A stretch of DNA of 16,967 nt from Octopus sinensis. Taxonomy: Eukaryota. The notes under the pieces were generated by a model. That model saw only the letters and a list, made by a program, of their open reading frames with translations, was not told the origin of the DNA and did not search any database. Made by a program: the position numbers and the translations under genes. The DNA is taken from contig NW_021824992.1 in NCBI RefSeq assembly GCF_006345805.1, positions 1-16,967 on the forward strand. Reading direction: 5' to 3'. This document shows positions 9,472 through 16,967 of this stretch, piece after piece; position 1 is the first letter of the stretch; each line of letters starts with the position of its first letter.

Positions 9472-9877
9472 CCATACAGAATTGTTGCCACGCAGGGCGA
9501 AATGCTTAATAGTATTTCGTCTGTCTTTACGTTCTGAGTTCAAATCCGCCGAGGTCGACTTTGCCTTTCATCCTTTCGGGTCGATTAAATAAGTCCCAGT
9601 TACGCACTGGGGTCGATATAATCGACTTAATCCGTTTGTCTGTCCTTGTTTGTCCTCTCGTGTTTAGCCCCTTGTGGTAGTAAAAAAATAAGTATTTCGT
9701 CTGTGCCGCTACGTTCTGAGTTCAAATTCTGCCGAGGTCGACTTTGCCTTTCATCCTTTCGGGGTCGATAAATTAAGTACCAGTTACGCACTGGGGTCGA
9801 TATAATCGACTTAATCCGTTTGTCTGTCCTTGTTTGTCCCCTCTATGTTTAGCCCCTTGTGGGCAATAAAAAATAAG
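9472..9877 (+). mobile_element. Tandem pair of a third SINE family ('D') with a gcctttcatcctttcggggtcgataaattaagtaccag central domain
   Basis: Units at about 9510-9692 and 9690-9877, with B-box-like GAGTTCAAAT(T)C. The central motif resembles the conserved domain I recall from MetaSINE/Sauria-type SINEs (not verified). Confidence 0.8.
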
Positions 9878-9894
9878 AAAGTTGTGATGAAAGA

Positions 9895-10008
9895 TTACAT
9901 CAGGGTTCGCTACCACTCCTTGCCGGAGTTTCGTGGAGCTTTAACTGTTTTCGCTTAATCAACACTCACAACACCCAGTCTAGGTATCGAAACCGCGATC
10001 CTATAACT
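9895..10008 (-). mobile_element. Probable SINE fragment
   Basis: The reverse complement begins ggatcgcGGTTTCGATACCtag (B-box-like); no second copy in the window. Confidence 0.4.
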
Positions 10009-10114
10009 ACTTTCTGAGGTGGGGATGGGGGCAGCTTCATGCTTCAGAAACATTGTGCAAGATGTGGTTATTGGGTTTTGCGAGCGCTCCTTTGAGATTT
10101 TCTTCAGAGTGCCA

Positions 10115-10181
10115 TCTTCTTCTTCTTCTTCTTCTTCTTCTTCTTCTTTTCTTCTTCTTTTCTTCTTCTTCTTATTTCTTC

Positions 10182-10229
<48 letters not shown>

Positions 10230-10323
10230 TTATTATTATTATATTATTATTATTATCATCATTATCATCATCATCATTATTCTTATTATTATTATTATTA
10301 TTATTATTATATTATTATTATTA

Positions 10324-10362
<39 letters not shown>

Positions 10363-10455
10363 TATTATATTACTTATTATCATTATCATTATCATATTAT
10401 TTATTATTATTATTATTATTATATTATTATTACATCATCATCATCATCATCATCA
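10115..10455. repeat. Compound trinucleotide microsatellite (TCT)n-(TTA)n-(TCA)n
   Basis: Direct reading. Confidence 0.95.
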
Positions 10456-10735
10456 ACATGGGTACAATTCTACGAAGCCTGAATACTCATCATGACTACC
10501 CGTATGATAAGGTACACTAGGCACATGCATCACACCCATATGTCGCGAACATGGTGATCTCATATCAAGATAAACAGCGCATGACCTTGCAGTTGGGGCC
10601 CAGTTAGAATTTTTCTTCTGGTCAGTAACCCATCCTGCTCAAAAGGTGCCTGAATAAGGGTTGTTTAAGGATGTTGAACGAACCGCCCATGTTTCCAGGG
10701 GTGAATTATCCTAACCCTCAAAGAATCCTCAAATA
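10456..10735. mobile_element. Unclassified interspersed repeat fragment (possibly RTE-related non-coding region)
   Basis: Recognised only from memory of octopus repeats; sits between a microsatellite and a SINE; no protein motif. Confidence 0.3.
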
Positions 10736-10744
10736 CAAGGGGCA

Positions 10745-10905
10745 CATATATGTATGTGTATGTGTGTGAGACGGGCTTCTTTCAGTTCCCCTTTCCAAAA
10801 TCCACTCGAAATATTTCGGCTAGAGAAGAAAGCACTCAACCAAACTGTGACAATGTTGAATTGAACCTGGGGACACGTGACTGGGAAACAAGCTACTTGG
10901 TCACT
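10745..10905 (-). mobile_element. Old, degenerate SINE head A
   Basis: gacgggcttctttcagttccc...aaatccactc...ttgaacctggg...caagctacttg. Confidence 0.65.
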
Positions 10906-11240
10906 TATTTTTCTTTTCCCTTCTTTTAAACATCCCTTTAGCAAATATGGAAGAATTGGGGCAAAACTCGACGGAATATTTAACCAAATGACATCCTTGC
11001 CTAAGCAGGAAACAAGGGTGGTTTACCTGAAAAGCATTGTCAGCTATTGAATAAATAGAAAAAGCAGGATTCATAATTATCACCCAATAAACACGTGTTT
11101 GTGTACACATTATAGAAAGCGGAAGGAAGCGGAAATATCTAAATACATACAATAAATATATCATATGCGTACGCACGCGTTCACACAAGCGTGAACGTAA
11201 CCCTGTTTACATAAACTTATATATGTATACATGAAAGTTT

Positions 11241-11789
<549 letters not shown>

Positions 11790-11793
<4 letters not shown>

Positions 11794-12043
11794 GGTTGTC
11801 AAGCGATGATGGGGGCGGGGGCAAACACAGACACGCAAACATATATACACACACATACATATATATATATATACATATATACGACGGGCTTCTTTCAGTT
11901 TCCGTCTACCAAATCCACTCATAAGGCTTTGGTCGACCCGAGGCTATAATAGAAGACACTTGGCCTAGGTGTCACACAGTGGGGCTGAACCCGGAACCAT
12001 GTGGTTAGTAAGCAAGCTACTTACCACACAGCCACTCCTACGC
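11790..12043 (-). mobile_element. Composite SINE: head A + microsatellite + truncated B start
   Basis: atcggttgtcaagcgatg...caaacacagacac, then (CA/TA)n, then acgacgggcttctttcag...gccactcctacgc. Confidence 0.88.
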
Positions 12044-12094
12044 TAATAAATATATGTGTGTGTGTATGTGTGTGTGATTGTCTTACACCAACGC

Positions 12095-12452
12095 TTGCCA
12101 GCGTTACGTTGCGAGTTCAAATTCCGCCGAGGTCGACTTTGCCTTTCATCCTTTCGAGGTCGATAAATTAAGTACCAGTTACGCACTGGGGTCGATGTAA
12201 TCGACTTAATACCTATGTCTGTCCTTGTTTGTCCCCTCTGTGTTTAGTCCCTTGTGGGTAATAAAGAAATAGGTATGTTTACGTCCCTGTAACGCAGTAG
12301 TTTGGCAAATATGACATGGTATAAGCACGACGCTTTACCTCAAGACTTTACAAAGAAGTCCTGGGATTAATTTGTTCGACTAAAGACCCCTGGAAGACGT
12401 TGCCCCAGTGTGGCCGCAGTCAAACGAGTGAAACAAGTATAAGACTATGAAA
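12095..12452 (+). mobile_element. SINE family D (about 12095-12272) followed directly by a degenerate B module (about 12273-12452)
   Basis: gagttcaaattccgccgaggtcgactttgcctttcatcc... then gtttacgtccctgtaac...gtggccgcagtcaaacgagtgaaacaagt. Confidence 0.8.
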
Positions 12453-13271
12453 AGAGTGTCTTCCTTGAAATGAAGCATTGATGGAGTTCACAGCACAACG
12501 AACACGTCAAATAACGGAAATGGGCCTGGTTGATTTCGTGACCGCCCCAACCCAGGGGCCATACGGTGACGATTCATAAATGAACATGGGTCGAGGGACG
12601 GTCCCTGAGTGCAACGTCACCACCCCTAAGCTCGCCCCCAACACTGGGTTACACTGAACAAGTTCGATCAGGTTTCTAACCTTGTTAACCACCATTTATA
12701 CAAACGGCTCTATTGAAATTTTCATCATTCGTATATAACATCTAAGCGTAACAAGCTACGGAATTCTTACATTCTCTCAACTTACGCCTCTCTCTTTCTC
12801 TCTCTGCCTCTCTCTCAAATACACACACACACACATATATATATAAAATTCGTTCTGCGTGTGTGTCTTCTAGGATCTCGGGCGTCCTCCATTCGATTGC
12901 TCTCAGATTTGATATGTAGATACCGACGGTATCAGGGCGTGTATAAGTCTTGAAAAAATTACAAAAAGCGATTCCAGGTGAGAATGCGATCGATAAAGCC
13001 ATTTTTGTCCTGCTTTTCTTCTGTCAACCTGTACATAACTGCATCTTCCATTTTTGTTGTTTTTGTACTGCTTAAAGGCACGTTTCTTTCCTGCCAAGCT
13101 TACTGTTTAAACCATGTTTGTGTTCTCCCAGTCAACAGCCTTATCATTACTGGTACTTTAAACTCTTCGGTTGCATAATTTGTGTGAATAAAATCTATCT
13201 TTATTTCTTCTTTTGCTGGTGTCTCAAATTTAGGTTAAATCAGTGTTTCTCATATATATGTATATATACAT

Positions 13272-13583
13272 GCATATATGGGTACAGGACATTAAAAAAA
13301 CGTTGAGCACAATGGGAAATGAAAACATAAAAACAAAAACATAGAGAAAACGAACTTTTTCGAACAACGAAAACAAAACAGAGAAACGAGACATGCAACA
13401 TAAAGAATATTCCCCTTCATCAGTTGTCCCTCTTTCATCTACTCCACGTTTCCGACGGCAAGGACAATACGTGACTTCGTTGAAACAGTCCTTCCCGCAA
13501 AGTAAATTAAATAAAATTTGGGATTTTTCGCGGTGGTGAAAGCGTGGGTAGCAAAAACAGGACACTGAGAACAAGACAGTAAA
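13272..13583. mobile_element. Unclassified repeat, possibly a Penelope-type terminal/UTR fragment
   Basis: Strand-biased A-rich tract after a TA-rich microsatellite; minus strand contains CTGATGAAGGGG (13417-13423 core) without a complete hammerhead. Confidence 0.3.
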
Positions 13584-13584
13584 A

Positions 13585-13783
13585 ACAAACGGTGAGGGTT
13601 GTTAAGCCAAGATGATGGAAAAATTATTATGAACGCTAGGAAGACAAACTTATGAAGGAGACAGTATAAGCATGTTTAGTCTTTAAGAAGGTTGTGGTTA
13701 GATAGGTCTCCTTCATAAGCTCGTCTTCGTAGTGTTCATAATGATTTTTCTATCGTCTTGGCGTAACAGGCCTCACAGTTTGT
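13585..13783. repeat. Gap-free inverted repeat: 78-bp arms (13585-13662, 13706-13783), 43-nt spacer
   Basis: Aligned by hand: 67/78 complementary, no indels. Confidence 0.92.
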
Positions 13784-13953
13784 GAAAAGAAAAAGAGGGG
13801 GAAAGAGAGTAACAGAAAACAGTGACGGGGAGAGAAACGGAATGGAGAGAAGGATAGAGGGAAAAAAAAAACAGTATAGAGTAGAGTCGCATCAGAAAGA
13901 TTAAGATAGACTTACTGGAAATGGATGCGTGCCTGCAATCAAATAATAAAAGA

Positions 13954-13957
<4 letters not shown>

Positions 13958-14004
<47 letters not shown>

Positions 14005-14014
14005 TATATATATA
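13958..14014. repeat. (TA)n microsatellite
   Basis: Direct reading. Confidence 0.95.
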
Positions 14015-14422
14015 GGCGCAGGAGTGGCTGTGTGTGGTAAGTAGCTTGCTAACCAACCACATGGTTTGTGTTCAATCCCACTGTGTGGCATCTTGAGCAA
14101 GTGTCTTCTGCTATAGCCCCGGGCTGACCAAAGCCTTGTGAGTGGATTTGGTAGACGGAAACTGAAAGAAGCCTGTCGTATATATGTATATATATATATG
14201 CGTGTGTGTGTTTGTGTGTCTGTGTTTGTCCCCCTAGCATTGCTTGACAACCGATGCTGGTGTGTGTTTACGTACCCGTCACTTAGCGGTTCGGCAAAAG
14301 AGCTCGATAGAATAAGTACTGGGCTTACAAAGAATAATTCCCGGAGTCGAGTTGCTCGATTAAAGGCGGTGCTCCAGCATGGCCGCAGTCAAATGACTGA
14401 AACAAGTAGAAGAGTAAAAGAG
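14015..14422 (+). mobile_element. Full composite SINE (head A + internal microsatellite + B)
   Basis: ggcgcaggagtggctgtgtg(tg)gtaagtagc...cttgagcaagtgtcttc (CORE-like)...gaagcctgtcgta, (TA)(TG)n, B module to gactgaaacaagtagaagagtaaaagag. The head resembles the octopus OR-type CORE-SINEs (from memory). Confidence 0.92.
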
Positions 14423-14822
14423 GGTACACAGGACATGACCAAGAGTAACCAACAAGAATGTTGCTCATCTCATCACCGACGCCTCCGATGTCGTTAACCC
14501 TTGATTATAATTACTACAATGTTTTTAATGCCGTTTTTCTTATTTATATTAATATTCCTGTTATTCTTGTTGTAACGGTTCTTTGATAGCACTAATTTAT
14601 AATCCTGATGAAATACGGGGGCAGTAACGCCCCGGGAAGCGGATATCCTTATCTAGACAGAAGCCCCTCTTAAAATAGATTTGTATTATGAAAATGCTGT
14701 TACGCAAATCACTTTATTAACTCTGTCTCCTCTCATGTTTTGTTCCTTCTCTGATTACGATATAATAATTGTAACATATATATAAAAACATTTAGATATA
14801 TACGTATATAAATATATATATA

Positions 14823-15260
14823 GGCGCAGGAGTGGCTGTGTGGTAAGTAGCTTGCTTACCAACCACATGGTTCTGGGTTCAGTCCCACTGCGTAGCACAT
14901 TGGGCAAGTGTCCTCTACTATAGCCTCGGTCGACCAAAGCCTTGTGAGTGGATTTGGTAGATGGAAACTGAAAGAAGCCCGTCGTATATATATGTGGTTG
15001 TGTGTGGGGGGGTGTGGTGTGTGTGTTGTGTGTGTGTGTGTGTGAGTATGTTTGTGTGTCTGTGTTTGTCCCCCCAACATCGCTTGACAACCGATGCTGG
15101 TGTGTTTACATTGCCGTGACTTAGCGGTTCGGCAAAAAGAGATCGATAGAATAAGTACTAGGCTTACAAAGAAGAAGACCTGGGGTCGATTTGTTCGACT
15201 AAAGGCGGTGCTCCAGCATGACCACAGTCAAATGACTGAAACAAGTATAAGAGTAAAAGA
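14823..15260 (+). mobile_element. Full composite SINE (head A + internal microsatellite + B)
   Basis: Same layout; B-box-like gggttcagtccc. Confidence 0.92.
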
Positions 15261-15299
15261 GAGAGAGAGTATACGTGAGCATGTCTGTCGCTTGCTATA

Positions 15300-15408
15300 C
15301 ATATGTTAGTGTTTGTTATGTATATATTTGTGTGCATGCGTGTGTATGCATAACATATGTATATATATATATATATAGAATATATATATAGTATATATAA
15401 TATATATA

Positions 15409-15444
<36 letters not shown>

Positions 15445-15478
15445 CATATATATGTATATATGAGTGATTATATTATAT
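15300..15478. repeat. (TG)/(TA)n compound microsatellite
   Basis: Direct reading. Confidence 0.9.
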
Positions 15479-15520
15479 ATTTTTTTTTCTCTCCTTCTTT
15501 CTGTGTTTCTTTTCTGTGTA

Positions 15521-15559
15521 TCTTTCTGTCGAAGAGCGTAGGCTCGAAAACGTTAAAGA
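15521..15559 (+). ncRNA. Degenerate minimal type I hammerhead-ribozyme-like motif
   Basis: TCTTT-CTGTCGA-A-GAGC(GTAG)GCTC-GAAA-ACGTT-AAAGA. Stem I TCTTT/AAAGA, stem II GAGC/GCTC, palindromic ACGT in place of stem III. The core deviates from CUGANGA. Confidence 0.45.
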
Positions 15560-15735
15560 CTTGTTTTATTTCTATTCCTGAGCGCCATACTAATACAATT
15601 GTTTGTTTGTATTTCACCTGCCTTCGTCTTTTGTTTATTTCCGTAAACCTGCCTTCATCATTTGTCTATTTTCATAAAGCTTCCCGTTATATATATATAT
15701 ATATACATGTATATCTATATTTTTAGATAAATATA

Positions 15736-16115
15736 TACTCTTTTACTCTTTTACTTGTTTCAGTCATTTGATTGTGGCCATGCTGGAGCACCGCCTTTAG
15801 TCGAGCAAATTGACACCAGGACTTATTCTTTAGAAGCCTATAACTTTTGCCGAACCGCTAAGTTACGGGGACGTAAACACACCAGCATCGATTGTCAAGC
15901 GATGTTGGGGCGGACAAACACAGACACACAAATACACACATATATATATACATATATACGACGGACTTCTTTCAATTTCCGTCCACCAAATGCACTTACA
16001 AGGCTTTGGTCGGCCCGAGGCTATAGTAGAAGACACTTGCCCAAGGTGTCACGTAGTGGGACTGAACCCGGAACCATGTGGTTGGTAAGCAAGTTACTTA
16101 CCACACAGCCACGCA
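15736..16115 (-). mobile_element. Full composite SINE (head A + internal microsatellite + B)
   Basis: Reverse complement of the 14823-15260 layout. Confidence 0.9.
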
Positions 16116-16183
16116 TACCTTGTGTGTATGCCTATGCTTATCTCTTTATTTATCTTTGTATCTATTTCTGTCTGTCTGTCTGT

Positions 16184-16967
16184 GTAGCCGCGAGAGAGGC
16201 CCGGGTGGCAAGGCGCAACAGGGAACAAAGCCACCATTCGGTCACTGGTAGATGAACAGGGGCGCGAATGCTCGGCCAAGTAAAATGTGTGAGCCTTTCA
16301 GCAGCATTTTGCCCGACTGTTCGGAACGAGTGGAGGGCAAGAACGTAGGGTGGACTCAGTGCCTACCTACATAGCCTACCACGACTCTCGACAAGAAAGG
16401 CAGGGTGCTGCGAAGGTGCCATCACGGCGGCGGAAGTGCGGGAAGCGATGGCAGAATGCTCGAGGGACAAACACCGGTTTGGATGGTCTACCCTACGAGC
16501 TTTACAATGTATGCCAGACTTGTTTGGAGATCTCTTGGCGGCGGTGTACTGCAACTGGCAGCAAAACGGGAGCATTCCTGGTTTGTGAGCCGAGGAGCCG
16601 TAACACTGCTGAAGAAAGATCTAAACAAGGGAAATGTAATAGATAACTTTAGGCCCATCACTCTGCTTAATGCAGACTTGAAAATTTGGCAAGGTGCTAG
16701 CCAAGAGGTTGGCGCTTGTCATCGAGAAACTGGTCGACAAGGCGCAAACATGCGCGTGCCAGGCCGGACCATCCATGACAACCTCCATCTGATGCCCTAC
16801 ATCATAGACAGGGTAGTTAACGAACCTGGCATGGGTGGGGCCCGATCAACTTGGGTAGACCATCGATACTTGGAGGCAGTCCTGAGAGCGGCTGGTTTCG
16901 GTCCCGTCTTCCGCGGCTGGATAGCTGCCTTGTACAGAGGCATCCGTTCGGTAATTCGCGTAAATGG
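16184..16967 (+). mobile_element. 5'-truncated, frameshifted Tx1/L1-clade LINE ORF2 (RT), running off the window
   Basis: Across frameshifts: AITAAEVREAM..PGLDGLPYELY..LLKKD..DNFRPITLLNADLKI..AKVLAKRL..QTCA..PGRTIHDNL..INL/VDHRYLEAVLRAAGFGPVFRGWIAALYRGIRSVIRVNG. Markedly more GC-rich than its flanks. Confidence 0.95.

Noticed and set aside
11020-11075. Myosin-head-like peptide IYSIADNAFQ in ORF 10901-11188
   Set aside because: The preceding PPH and the following ESGAGKT context are absent; too short to call.
12874-12977. Coding exon between ttctAG (12873) and GTGAGA (12978)
   Set aside because: All three frames contain stop codons.
13400-13480. Hammerhead on the minus strand (CTGATGAAGGGG; GAAACGTGGAGTA upstream)
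   Set aside because: I could not build stems I and II in any of the type I, II or III permutations.
13585-13783. SECIS element (selenoprotein-type PLE) in the long hairpin
   Set aside because: The ATGA motifs pair Watson-Crick with TCAT rather than forming the GA/AG quartet; no in-frame TGA at conserved Cys positions seen in the PLE.
14600-14650. Hammerhead at CTGATGA (14605-14611) with a GGGGC/GCCCC stem
   Set aside because: GAAG instead of GAAA, stem II offset from the core, no convincing stems I or III.

Overview
AT-rich, repeat-saturated eukaryotic DNA with no recognisable intact host gene and nothing prokaryotic. The SINE families look like those I recall from octopus (coleoid cephalopod) genomes; this is an inference, not a database result. 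Main contents: two copies of an internally deleted mariner (1380-2071, 8421-8800); a decayed Penelope-like element with RT and GIY-YIG (3502-5260, -); a decayed ORF1-only L1/Tx1-type element (about 5262-8417, +) interrupted by an A-B-A-B-A repeat; a 5'-truncated Tx1/L1 RT (16184-end); many tRNA-derived SINEs; and long microsatellites. Most ORFs in the supplied track are microsatellite or SINE artefacts. I cannot support a genuinely new biological system. The best leads are a gap-free 78-bp-arm hairpin (13585-13783), the ORF1-only element with a hairpin at each end, two long-direct-repeat 'sandwich' insertions, and a degenerate minimal hammerhead-ribozyme motif (15521-15559). Repeat boundaries are approximate unless stated to the base.
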